From the NCBI GenBank assembly GCA_965637545.1, contig OZ281497.1, positions 18,352,001-18,416,000 on the forward strand: a stretch of 64,000 nt of DNA, read 5' to 3'. Positions 39,301-53,248 of this stretch are shown here, piece after piece (the stretch's first letter is position 1; every line of letters begins with the position of its first letter). Made by a program: the position numbers and the translations under genes. The stretch comes from Phallusia mammillata. Its lineage: Eukaryota. The notes under the pieces were generated by a model, which made no database searches, was not told the DNA's origin, and saw nothing but the letters and a program-made list of their open reading frames with translations.

Positions 39301-41786
39301 ATTCGCCATGCAGTTGTATGTCTCCTGTCCCGGGTCTTGGTTTCGCACAGGATTCTATCACCGACCGTTTTCTCACGTCTGATTCTGCTGTGGTACAATC
39401 CTGCCACCCAAGACGACCCAGAGGTTGTTCATGCCATCAGCGATTTCTTAAATACATTCCCATACATGTCCAAGTAAGTCTATCTTTACAGCAGTGGATT
39501 CCCAAAAGCGTAATTTGGCCATTTATTATTTGAAAAATAGCACAAGTTACTGTGACTAAACATTCATCAACAACATAATGCCTTCTTGTCCTTCATCAAA
39601 TGTATTTCCCGGTTCTTTCATTGATGTGGAACAAATAATGACTGTTTGGTTGAAAAAGAATATGTAAAATAAGTGATTTTTACATGATTAGTTGTACATG
39701 GCGCGGCACAGGAGTTTATAAAAAAATTTGGTTCGCGACACATCGATTTGTAATGCTCTGTTTCGCAGTGTAGTTCATAACGTTTTTATCAATTTGTTGT
39801 TTTTTTGCAGAGAAGCACACGGTTGTGTGGAGGCTGCCTTTCTACCAATTATCCGTGTTCTGTTCAATGCACCACATACCTCGCCCCTCGCGTCCGTGAA
39901 CATTGAAAACGTCACCGAATTGTTAATAACCATCACTCAACCATCCGTCATTCAGAAAGCCGATATAAAACACATCTGCAATCACGATATGAAATGGGTA
40001 AGAATGGCACTGAGTAGTGAACTGTAGATGTCGCCTATGTCGCCTTTTATGACAGTTCTTAACTTTCTCTTTGGTTAATTGATTGGTTTACCAGCAGTAT
40101 GTTAAATTATTTGCCCCGACCTAAACCGCAAGGTTTTAAAATCTACTGTTTTTGTTTGGTATCTTTTAGGGATGGGCCAATACTGCAAATGTTTGGTCGA
40201 ACTTCGAGCATTTCACGTTAATACTCGTTGTTCGTCCGAGCACGCCCGGTACATTGTGGCGTCACAAGCATTTCCAATTTCACGCTAGTTTTGTAGCTTT
40301 CTAAGGTCCCTTACGTCACCTGCGGTGTATTAAGCTGCACAGGCCCCAGTAGTACGTGAACACTAGTTTTGTGTGTTAGCAGGGCATGAATATGCAAATT
40401 TAATGCTCGGGTCAGTTGCAGCTGTTCGACCGAGCATCAATAACAGCGAATATGCTCGGTACCCAGTACTCAGGTTCTGGCATGGCCCATCCCTAGTATC
40501 TATTTTAACGTAAAAGTTGTCAAGAACATCATTTTTGGTTTTCCTATCAGCTTGACGAAGCTTCAGCGCATGACGATCTTGCAAACATGGTTGCATGCGA
40601 AGTACTTTCTGATCCGTCGTCACCCTTTGTCAATACACTCTGCAAGGTTCTTCCTATGCTCGAGCTCAATCCAAAACAGCAAGACAATTTGAAGGATGTT
40701 GCAGTGCTGTGTGAAAACATGCTTAAGGTACCTGACCTATGTGACTATTTTAATCAGGGAGTCGAACCGGAACTGAACCCGAACCCGCGAACCGGTTTGA
40801 GCGGTTAATTTCATTAAACCCGAACCGAACCCGAACCGCTAATTACGATTTTCTAAAAACCCGAACCGGAGTTGAACCCCATATTTTGTTTGACGTTGAA
40901 CCCGAACCGGAACCGAACCAGTAAAAAATGCAGTCTGTATTATTATTGTGATTTTCTCAAAACAGCGCATCGAAGAATACGCAAGATAACTCTTATAGGG
41001 CGTGTCAAAAATAACAGTACATGGGCAAAATTCTTTGAGTTTACAAAGGCCAAGTAGATGATGGCTAGAATTAAATTAAAACGAATAGAAATTTGAACCG
41101 GTTTAAAAACCACAAACCGGTTTGAACCGGATAATTTGCCTGAACCGGAACAAAACCCGAACCAGAAAATATAAATTTTTAAAAACCGGAACCAAACCCG
41201 AACCCTTAAAAACAAAACCAAGTGAACCCGAACCGAACCTGAACCCACATGACAAGCGGTTCGACTCCCTGATTTTAATAGCTGAAAAAATTCTTAGAAA
41301 TTTGTTTGTTGAAGTTTGTCAGTCATGAAAATGAGCTAAACAAGTAATGTGGCTAAAATTTAAATGCTACTATTTTTTTCCAGGAAGTGAAAAACAAACC
41401 AGCTCTAAAACATATCAAAAAATTTCAAAGTCAGGTTAAATCACTCATTAGCAAAACCCCGCCAACCATAAACATCCTGCAAGATGAGGAAGAAAAGGAA
41501 AATGCCATTGTCTCATCTCAAACTACTCAAAGTGGGTGTTCTAATAATGAGTTTTTGCAATATTCACAAAACACTTTTATTTTATGTTTCAGACAGTGAA
41601 AACCTCGAGTCAAGAAGGTCACCAATGAAACTGAGGCACACATCAGGAAACCGAAGTGCAAACAAATCTGCTAGAAAGCAACTGCGCAGCTTCACATCAC
41701 CAACGCAGAGTCCAAAGACAACAGCCACAATTCTTGGATTAACTCCAAAGCGTAACCTGACAGCAACTTTAGATGCCACCACATGA
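33339..41786 (+). CDS. NCAPG: Condensin I subunit G (Cnd3), HEAT-repeat protein, multi-exon
   Basis: ATG at 33339 (MESVKQKVREVFEKSQ). Recognisable segments: QDKLPTVRCQAARALSRLQ, RTRDVAEAVRKTAFQ, LIKQGLFDQSAAVR, EKLTPESALYW, and EAAFLPIIRVLFNAPHTSPLASVNIENVTELL (compare human EEAFLPTLQTLANAPASSPLAEIDITNVAELL). Ends TGA at 41786. Confidence 0.9.
35426..35797. mobile_element. hAT-type MITE in an NCAPG intron
   Basis: TIRs TAGTGATGGGACG/CGTCCCATCACTA; TSD ATTTACAT/GTTTACAT; subterminal GAGTAC/GGTACC repeats. Confidence 0.85.
40167..40495. mobile_element. hAT-type MITE in an NCAPG intron
   Basis: TIRs TAGGGATGGGCCA/TGGCCCATCCCTA; TSD GTATCTTT/GTATCTAT; internal CGAGCA/TGCTCG repeats. Confidence 0.8.
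40755..41271. mobile_element. hAT-type MITE with (GAACC/GAACCC)n subterminal arrays in an NCAPG intron
   Basis: Perfect TIR CAGGGAGTCGAACCG/CGGTTCGACTCCCTG; perfect TSD ATTTTAAT at 40747-40754 and 41272-41279. Confidence 0.9.
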
Positions 41787-41874
41787 TTTTTGCATCTTTC
41801 ACATATAGATGTATATTGAAGTTGTCGCCAATATGTGAAGTTCTTTTTTGCTTGTAGTTTATTATTGTTGTTGT

Positions 41875-43491
<1,617 letters not shown>

Positions 43492-43996
43492 TGTGTTGAC
43501 AAACTAATCTCTGATAAAAAGATGCTGGTTGTATTTCATTTCAACACCTAATAGTAATATTTGAAACAGTATCCAATGAGGGATTGAAACCAGAAAAAAT
43601 GTTTCCCCGCTAAACAACCAGCTAATCATCCTTTCAAATTAAATCATTCTACATTTTTAATTAACCATGAAGTATGTTTAATATAACACTATAAGAATAC
43701 TATGTGGACTTTAAAAAATACATCATAAGAACACAATATTTTAACTTTTTGCATTAAAAAGGATGCTACGGTATCTCTGGTTTGTTGTTTTTTCTTTTGG
43801 AATCACTGGGAGGGGAATACCCGACAATGTTAAAACTTTTAACACGTGAATCTTTGAGAGAGAGTGGACAAAACAATAAATTAGAGAACTAGGAACATAC
43901 ATGCTGCTAATCGGTAAATTGCAACTTTTGTACAAGTTTTTGTCTATTCTTATCTTCTGCTCTAGATTAATTTCACTAGTCGCATAAAAAATTGTT
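43492..43996. promoter_or_regulatory. Probable bidirectional promoter between RNF113A and SDAD1
   Basis: Head-to-head start codons about 505 bp apart. No specific motif identified. Confidence 0.5.
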
Positions 43997-46900
43997 ATGG
44001 GAAGAACGAATCAGCTTCCCGATAATTTGCCACAACTTCAAAACCTTATCAAGCGAGATCCAGCCTCATACAAATCTGAGGTTTGTTGTGTTATTTAAAC
44101 AAATGTATTGATATAAAATGATTGAACCTTTTTTAACTTTGCAGTTTGAACAACAATATCGAAGATACCAGTCTAATTTGGAAGTGTTTTTATTACAACC
44201 AAGTGACAATGCCCGCACACTCAGCGAACTTACCATGTTTATATCCCAGGTAAGAATTTAACCCTCAAAATTGGCATGAGAACGTACCTTTATTATTGGT
44301 ATGTGTACTTACAGGTGGCTTACTGTTATCCTGATGTTGTCAAAGGCTTTCCACAGCAACTCAAAGACATTTTACACAAACACATGATGGCTCTAAATCC
44401 AGAAATTAGAATGGTATGTTATATGCACATTATTTTACTGATAAACAGTTTCTATTTTAAACTGTCTTTTTGAATTAAAGATGCTGTGCAGAGCTCTGAT
44501 GTTAATGCGCAACAAAAACTTGGTCACCCCTGCATCTCTGTTTGAACTCTTTTTTGAGCTTTTTCGGTGTCAGGATAAGTTGCTCAGAAAGGTGATGTTT
44601 GATTCTAATAGCATTTTTGTGTTTACAATGTTATTTTTAATTTTTTAGACTTTGTTTAATTTTATTGTTCAAGACATCAAAAACTCAAACACAGGTCACA
44701 AAGATAACAAGTTAAACAAGGTTAGTTTTTTTTGCTTGTTTATTAGCATACTGTTTGGACTAAAATTTAATATTTAAAGGGTTTGCAAAACTTTATGTAC
44801 ACCATGCTGTCTGATAGCAATTCAACTGCTGCAAAGATGTCATTAAGTGTTATGACTGAACTGTATCACAGAAAGATATGGAATGATGCAAAGACTGTCA
44901 ACGTTATAAGCACTGCATGCTTCTCAAAGTTTACAAAGGTAAAACTGAAGTTTGTTTGTTCATTTGTTTTCTGATTTTGGTCCCATATGGGCAAAACAAC
45001 ACACATTGTACTGTCTTTCTTATTGTTCCCTCTCTTTAAAATTTTTTTAGGGTATTTATAATCGCTGTTTTGCAGCTGTATCCTGTGTTTTATGTTACAC
45101 ATTGTCATAAAGTGTTACTTTGTTTGTTGCATCAATATGTATGTGAAATAAATACAAGATCATTTTTTAAAACATGTTTTCATCCAGGTGTTGGGAACAG
45201 GACTAAAATTCTTTCTTGGACAAGATAAAACTTCTGAAGATTCTGACTCTGATTCTGGTGAAGATGGCCCAAGTGCACGAGACATTATAATGAGGTAATT
45301 GTTACATTCAACCACATTATGATTCAAGTTTCTAGCTAATGTGTGATCTTTACAGATTTGCTGTGAAGAAAAAGTCTACCCGTGCTAAGCAGAAGAGAAA
45401 CAAAGCTCTCCAAGCATTGCATAAACACAAAAAGAAAAACAAAAAAGACAATGTTGATTTTTCAGCTATACATCTTTTGCATGATCCTCAAGGTTCTGTT
45501 TGACTGTGGAATATTAATTTTTAAATTAAATATTTGAACTTAAAATTTTAATTTTTTCAGTTAGTGGTATATTTAAATTAACCATATTTTTTAGGTTTCT
45601 CTGAAAGGCTGTTTAAGCAATTGCAAGGTTCGAATGAGAGTTTTGAAATCCGCCTTTTGATGATAATTGTTATTTCTCGAATAGTGGGCATCCACCAGCT
45701 TTTTCTGTTCAACTTTTATCCTTTTCTGCAGCGATTTCTACAACCCCATCAGCGAGGTATATCTTTTTCTATTTTCAGCACGGTTTTGACATAAGCATCA
45801 GATTTCAATTTCTAACGTTAGCTAACAGACACGAGTTGCTTGTAAAATTAACGCCATATATAGCACCACTATGGCACCGTTTCACAGTTATCACAAAAAA
45901 CTTTTTTTCACAGATGTTACCAAGATATTGTTAGCAGTTGCACAAGCAAGTCATGATATTGTTCCTCCCGATATCATTCATCCAATAATAATGACGATAG
46001 CAAATAATTTTGTCTCAGACCGTAATTCCAGCGAAGTCATGGGTGTTGGGTAAGAAATTATTCTGTAATATAACTAAGTTTACAACTAAAATGCCACATA
46101 TGGATATCATTGCGAAAGACTGGATTATGTCGTACAATGTATTCTTTGGAGCACTATACACGAAAAATAATGGCCCAAAAAGACGCGAAAAGCGACATGC
46201 TTCATTTTTCAAACGTTTCGGCAAATGCTCATGCCATCATCAGTGATGTTTGCCGAAACGTTCTTTATGGGCCGTTATTTTCCTCATTAAATGTATTTCT
46301 TCTTTCAACAAAAAATAGTTTTTGGAGTCAACTAATAATACTTCCTTTGAAGAGGGAAATGGTTTTAAGAAACTTTTTTCCGTCACAGGTTAAACGCGAT
46401 ACGGGAAATTTGTGCAAGGTGTCCTTTGGCAATGACAGAAGACTTGCTTCGCGATCTGACCCAGTACAAAACCAAACACGACAAAGCGGTCACTTCTGCC
46501 GCACGATCCCTCATGCAACTCTACCGCAAAGTTAACCCCACTATGCTACATAAAAGAGATCGGGTAAGCAAGTAACACCGGTTTCTTGTAAGTGCTAAAA
46601 GTGATTTTGACGGGGGACAACCACCTAACTTCATCGAGTTGGTGCTGACCTTCATAATGCAAAATATTGTTTTATAAACCATATCATGACAGTAACAACT
46701 AAGTAACTCTGGTCCAAGTGAAACGCGGTTATTCCAATTAAACATGTCCGGCTTAGCCAATGCGGGTTTGTATTAGGCCTGACGAATATAGCAAAGTTCT
46801 TCATATAAGTCATATAAGTAAAAGAAACACACACATATATATTTGTGATGTTGCAGTGCGGTGCTCTAGAACTGCGTTATTTTTCTGGACAAACTTTTCG

Positions 46901-49900
46901 TATTTACCGCCTCCTGAAGTAACTTCCCAATAAAGTATCGTTTACTCATTCAGGGCAAACCAAACGAAGCCGGTAGCGAACGTCGTGTTGTTGGTTATGG
47001 TGAAGTTGTGAGCCACGATTATCTTCCAGGATCGGAGGTTTTAGAGGAAAAACACGAAACAAGTGGACAAAACAATGGTAATGTTTCGTATAGAAATGAA
47101 ACTGACAGAAATGCGTTTAGTGTAGTGCTGCCTTAACTAGCAATGTACCTAGCCCGCTTAAACTGTAAGTGGCCCAAACCGAATGTTCGGCCAACTCAAA
47201 AAGCACCTTTCTGGTGTTTTGAACTGAATCTTTTGTTGTTAATGCAAGTAAACACATTCATACGGCACTTCAACTAATATATGTTTGTGTGCAAAAATTT
47301 ATGTTTCAACCTGTCGATTGTGAATGCTTAGGTATTTATTTCTACATCAAAAAGTTGAAAAGAAAAAAACATTAATAGATCTGATCAAAGTGGAATTGTC
47401 CTCATGTATAGAGTTTTATTGCATTTTTTTAACCATTTTTAAACCGTTTTAAGACGGTTGGGAATCTTGTTCAGACGATGACGATAGTGACGGAAGTTGG
47501 CATGACGTTTCATCCGATGAAGAGGTCGGTAACTTCACTTCGAATTGTAATATGGACTGAAAACTAACAGCTATTTTTGCCTTTTGTAGACGAGGCAAGT
47601 TGACGCCGAGATCGATCCCGAGGTTTTGGCGATGAACAGTGAGGAAAAAATATCAAAAGCTCAAACTGTCAGCCAAAGTCGACTTCTTACTCAGGAAGAA
47701 TTTCAGAAAATTAAAGCGCAACAAGTCGCTAAAGAGCTACTTCCTGCAGCGCGAAAAACCTCGAAACGAAAAGTAGATCAAGTCGAGGAATACAATGAAG
47801 GGTGAGAGACTTTTTTGTTGTTGAAAACGCAAGGCATGGATTTACGCAGCTCGACATATTGACTAATTGGTAAATAGGGTGTTCATGATTAAAACGTTTA
47901 ACCTATAGGTTAACAGTCCCGCTGGCCTCCTTAGACTTACAGGTAGACCCGAAATCAGGGCAACAACACGAAAGAACTAGCCCGAAACTCGACCCTAACT
48001 TGATTTTCTTTAAAAATGAATTGCGAAAATAAATATGTGACAAAACATTGGGTCCACAAAGGAAACATTGATTATTATATAAGTCACCCCAAGTCTCAAA
48101 GTCAAAAAACAAAAATTATAGTATAATTTGCTTGAACTGCTTTCGCTGCCATAATACTTTACTTTTGTCACTACATTTTATCCTTTATTAGAAAAAAGCT
48201 TCAACCTAAAAATTCCCAGCCCAATAAATTGACCTTCCTTCGAATCAAATAAACTTCGTTTGTTTTTTAACCCTTCACTTTGTAATATTCACATTTACCA
48301 TCTCCATATTCGACTTTTTCCCCATTCCATCTCCAGTTGTCGACTCAGACAGCAGCAAGATGTGACAAAGTAACATATCACGATCTCATTAATTCTGAAG
48401 TTGGTCGTGTTTGGCAAAAAATTGACAATATGAAAAAAACTTACTAAACTTTATCAAAGTTTACGGCGAAGTACGAAAGATGACTTGTCAAAATTTCTGG
48501 ATGCGTCATTTGTTATTTTTGACTTTGAAAACTTCTCGTCATAACTTCGGAAGTGCTCTTGACTGTTGCGTCATTTCGGTATTAGTAAAAAGGTCGCAGT
48601 CGTTTCAATGACGCTGTATTGTATGATTATTTGAGTCACGTAAACAACAGTTCCATAAAAATAGGTTTTAAAAATTATGTCTGGAAAGTTTGTCAAAAAA
48701 ATATGTAACAACTGGACCTCCTTACCCCCTGACTGTTAAAAGCCTACTGTTATCATTATTTATCGGTTTGCTTTGCACTTTAACCCCTTTTTCATACAAA
48801 CTGAGTTGTTCCATTTGTAAAATATGGCAACGCAATAAGAACGGTAAGTTTTGTGGCGTTGGACCTTTTAACTAAAATTATCTACTGTTGTTTCTGATAG
48901 CAACGTGTTTTCCTTTAATACACATTCATGTCATATTTCAACACAGAGGGGAGTTGGTGGCTTTGAACGACATTGAACTTGTGTATAAGCGAAGAGCGCA
49001 CGACCGCGAAAGCAGGTTGGCGACCGTTCTAGCTGGGAGGGAAGATCGTCCCAAATACGGCAGCCGGCGCACAAAACTTGACCCAAACGCAAGCACCACC
49101 AACAAGGTGAGGGTTTAAATATAAAAGCATTCAAAGAAACATGCATTTCATGCTTAATTGACCTCATGTTTTCTCCATGAATGCCTTTCCGGAGCGGCTT
49201 TTTGCTTACATTTGTCGAAAACCGTACACATAACAACTTTAAGTAAAGACCTCCTCTGATCACGACATGGTAGACATGACTATTGTTAAAATTACGAGCT
49301 GAATAGTAGATTTTTCATCAAGAAAATTTGAAGAGACTGTGTGTTATGACCGGATTAAAAACGTTTCAAAAGTTGTACCTATAATTGGTTATAAGTTGTT
49401 TTTTACCTTTTTTGTTTGAAATAATGTGATTACAAATATCGATGCACAAAATCTTACAAAAATTTAAGTTTGTTTTGATTTTTCTGGTACAAAAATCTGC
49501 AGCAATGGAGATTCACCCCATCTCAAACAATAAAAGAACTCGCTTAGTAAATATCACATTGTTTTTACCGAGGAAGTCCCCTATTTCGTGACGGGTTGTT
49601 GTGTACTATCGTGTCACGGTGACCGAGTTCCGTGTTTTAGCGCGCAACGTCCGGCGTTCTGCTGCAGCGTGAGTTTATCATCTCGTACGTCACAGCAATT
49701 TCGTCTAGCCTGACCACGTCACTTCGGCGGGTGCAAACATCATCACGATTTGGCATAACTGAAATTATGTATGTGCAGCGCTGGGCGTCGCCCCAGGTTA
49801 ATTCGACTATTTTTGTTTTGTTCTTCACAGCAAAAGCGCAAGAACAAGCCGTTTATGATGGTACGACATAAAGTGCGGAAACAAAAGTCTGGGAGATCTT

Positions 49901-49962
49901 TCAAGGAGAAACAAGTTGCTTTGAGGAATGCGCTAGTAAAGCGCGCTAAGCGAGTGAAATAA
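43997..49962 (+). CDS. SDAD1: SDA1 homolog (60S ribosome biogenesis), about 16 exons
   Basis: [28 protein letters not shown] (43997); [11 protein letters not shown]; LQNFMYTML; [21 protein letters not shown]; [12 protein letters not shown]; [18 protein letters not shown]; QASHDIVP; [11 protein letters not shown]; LAGREDR; [16 protein letters not shown]; TAA at 49962. Confidence 0.95.
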
Positions 49963-50770
49963 ATTCTTTCCAGGCTGTTGGGCATTACAGTAGATAGCCC
50001 CAGGCAGAGCTAAATCTCTTACGCTTGTGATTACTACTTCACCGGTGCGGTCGTACGATTTACAACGACTTTTAACCGTTGTCGACCTGCTCGTCCACTC
50101 TCTGTCTTTAAAGACGCACTAACGCTTAAAATCGGTGAGGTTTTTGTGGCTATGACGCATCGGCGTATCCAGTAACCTGGGTCGCCAACATTCACGGGAT
50201 GTTTGTCGGAATAAAATGACCGTAACGATGTTTTGGTATCGTCTCTTTTGTTGGTCGATGGCTTTGCGTAAGCGCATGATTTAGAGTCGTATGCGCACAC
50301 GTAGCCTACAAGCTGCGTCATTGCCTTGTTGAAAACGAAATAATGCTATAGCCTACATATACCGATCAACACAGTGCTGTTTGGTTAGACGAGGTCACGC
50401 AAGTAAAAGGGTCGGAACGATTTTTTTATTTTTGTTATTCGTGAAGTTTTAAAGACAGTCAGGAGTTTCAAAACTAAACACTTGAAAATTATGTATAGCG
50501 AGGCAGGCAGCTCAAAAGTACAACAAAATAACCGTTATAACAGAGACAGATTTTTTAAAAATATGTAATTTTAGGTTTTTATTTTACAGTGAACACTTTT
50601 CCAAGCATAACGTAGTTGCAATTTTATTTTGCATTGTCCCACCATTTGCTATGGCAACGTCTTGCAAGTTTGAATTTCAGGCCCAACATTTTGGTTTCGT
50701 GGGCGTTTCTCCTCATCAATTTTACCATATACAGGTGAGTTTGCACGGAAATATATAGCGGACATATCAC

Positions 50771-51342
50771 CATGGGCGTCCGCAGAAAAAATGCAGGGGA
50801 GGGCAAAACTATCGTCACATCGCCGTTCGATAAACGGTATTTCAGAACAAAAATCATCTGACTGTGCTACACATTCTTGCCAATCCCAAAGTAGCAAAAT
50901 AATACAATAAACACAATATTAAACATCACTGAAGTATGTGGTAGGTTGGCAAATACTTTTTAACGGAAGTAGGATTTACATTGACGAACCTTATCAGATG
51001 TAACAACAAATACAGTGAAGATATCACATAATGCCTGTTTGACACATCCATCAATGACGTAATAATATGCTTGTTACCGAACTATTGTTAAGTAATAATG
51101 TTCGATTCATTTAATTTGTTGTAAAACCTTATTCTGTTCTGTTACAGTTACGCTTGTAATAAAGGGGTGGAGACCTACGGCGTCTATAATTTACGTTCCA
51201 GGAATAGTTTTTGTATAACACTGTGTGAATGTTTATTGTGTTTTGTTTTAAGTTGCGGATTCTCCGACCGTTTGCGTTTTTCTTTTTTCCAGGGGGGGGG
51301 GGGGGACGTGCCCCCTCTTGCCCTACGCTGCGGACGCCCATG
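50771..51342. mobile_element. hAT-type MITE
   Basis: TIRs CATGGGCGTCCGCAG/CTGCGGACGCCCATG; TSD CATATCAC/CACATCAC. Confidence 0.85.
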
Positions 51343-51765
51343 CACATCACGTGTCGTATCAGGTCATTTAGTTATAGAAGCTCGCGTGTAACGTGTGCTA
51401 TGACCATTTCCGATAGGCTGTTTAAACATAAACAATCATCGTGCACGATACGACACGTCATAAGCAGCTTGGTCTAACTCTGAGTATTACCATATCGCTT
51501 AAACTATTTGTTGGTTTGTCAACTGTATGCAATACGCAAAGACAATATAAATGGTGATTTCATGTTGAATATGTCCATGACGAACGCCTAATCATGTCAA
51601 GTTTACTACTAGGTTAAGTGGTTAACCGTAATGCTTTATTATCAATAATTCATTATTCAAAAAAGTGTTTGTACACAAACGGAAACGAAGTGTTACGTAC
51701 CTCACCAACAAAACTTAAATATTATGCTGTTTTAATGTCTTTGTAAATTTACTACATTTTTAAAG

Positions 51766-53248
51766 TGGACACAAAACCGATGGGTACATCTGGTGTTCCG
51801 CATCTTGATGTTCAGCTATCAGCTCGTATGGTTTATCTTGGATTTTACTACCGACCTTGGCAATGACACGCCTGGCGATAAACCGCGGCAACTTCTACTC
51901 AGCAACTGGACGGAGTGGCTGATTCTCTTATACTTTACCATAGCTTTGATTGTTTCAATTATTGGAGTGGCTAAACGTCACAATGATGAACACAATAATT
52001 CTGGTAAGATATTAAAGTTTAAAGGGACAAAATATATAACTTCAAAGTATATTATGTGTCAGCAACAAAAGTTGTGCAAAAGAAAATGTATTTCCGCATA
52101 TGCTTGGCAACAATCGCGCACTAGCGTTCTTTGTTTATAAACTCAGAAGTACAGCCCCAAAGTGTAATTATTCTGCTTGGCTGGGTACTTACGCCACGAC
52201 TCCGTGCTCAGCCAAGCATGCTTGGCTATTATAACGTCTAATCTGCGGGACAGATACATAGAAGGAGCCAAAATTTTATTTCCAAAACATTAAAAAATGT
52301 CAATTCTGACGTTTGGAGAGAGTACGTTTACATAACGTCCAACAGAAAGTGTTTCATAACATTTACTGCATGTTTTCGTAGATTTTTGTAAAGATTTACG
52401 TGGCATTATGTCAAAAAATATTTTCGCCAGCTTGCTACACCGTTTGGCTGGCAGCGTATCCATTCGCCGCATTGTGGCGCTATCGAGTTGTTAATCTTAA
52501 AGTAAAAGGTAACTGAAACATAAAAAAAAAACTTGATCCGGGAGCGTCCTGGGTGCGAATCCCGTGAAAAAAATTACCTGAAACTGAAGAGAGAGCTACT
52601 GGTTAATAACTAACTTTAAGTACGAAATCACAGTTTTTAAGACTACTATTGAGATGCTGACGTTTATATTGAAGGATGTCGCATGAACTTTTGTTTTCGG
52701 TTTTAGACACTCTCTCCTGGTACCACAAGGTCGCCTGGGCGTTTTTCAACATGGCAGTTGTTTCAGCCTTTATCATCACAATTTTTTACTGGGCTGTGAT
52801 TGGTCGAAATCGGTCAGCAGCTCTTAACACTCGACCACGCACAATCCATCTGCACGTGACCAACTCAATTCTGGCGCTTATCGAAATATTCATGGCTGCA
52901 TTTCCAACCAGACTACTCCACTTTATTTACACAATTTGTTACGGAGTTGTTTATGGAATTTTTGTGCTGATCATGCATTGGACCGGAGTCGACTCGCTTA
53001 TTTACCCGGTACTCGATTGGCAAAACTCCCCGGGTACGGCTGCAGGATGGCTGATACTCGCCATTATTATCATGCCTGTGTTCGTCCACGCAATTGCTTT
53101 TGGATTCTACCACCTTCGTGCCTGTATTGCGCGGGCTACTGTGCTGAAAGGAGCAAGTGACGAAACCGCACCAAGGGCGAACTCTGGTGTCGAGATGGGC
53201 AACGTCAATCCTGCTTTCATGGAGACGCCACAACACAAACCTAACTAG
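51766..53248 (+). CDS. Rolling stone-like multi-pass membrane protein; first coding exon unresolved
   Basis: Exon ~51766-52003 WTQNRWVHLVFRILMFSYQLVW...LLSNWTEW. Exon ~52708-53248 LSWYHKVAWAFFNMA..FIITIFYW, HLHVTNSIL, FPTRLLHFIYTICYGVVY, IYPVLDWQNSPG, all family-typical motifs. TAG at 53248. Confidence 0.78.

Noticed and set aside
49126-49235. H/ACA snoRNA candidate (GCATTCA...TGAATGC hairpin, second hairpin, ACA)
   Set aside because: There is no ANANNA H box in the hinge and the second hairpin is weak.
52535-52564. B-box-like GGTGCGAATCCC fragment in a rolling stone-like intron
   Set aside because: No A box or cloverleaf; at most a decayed SINE or tRNA remnant.
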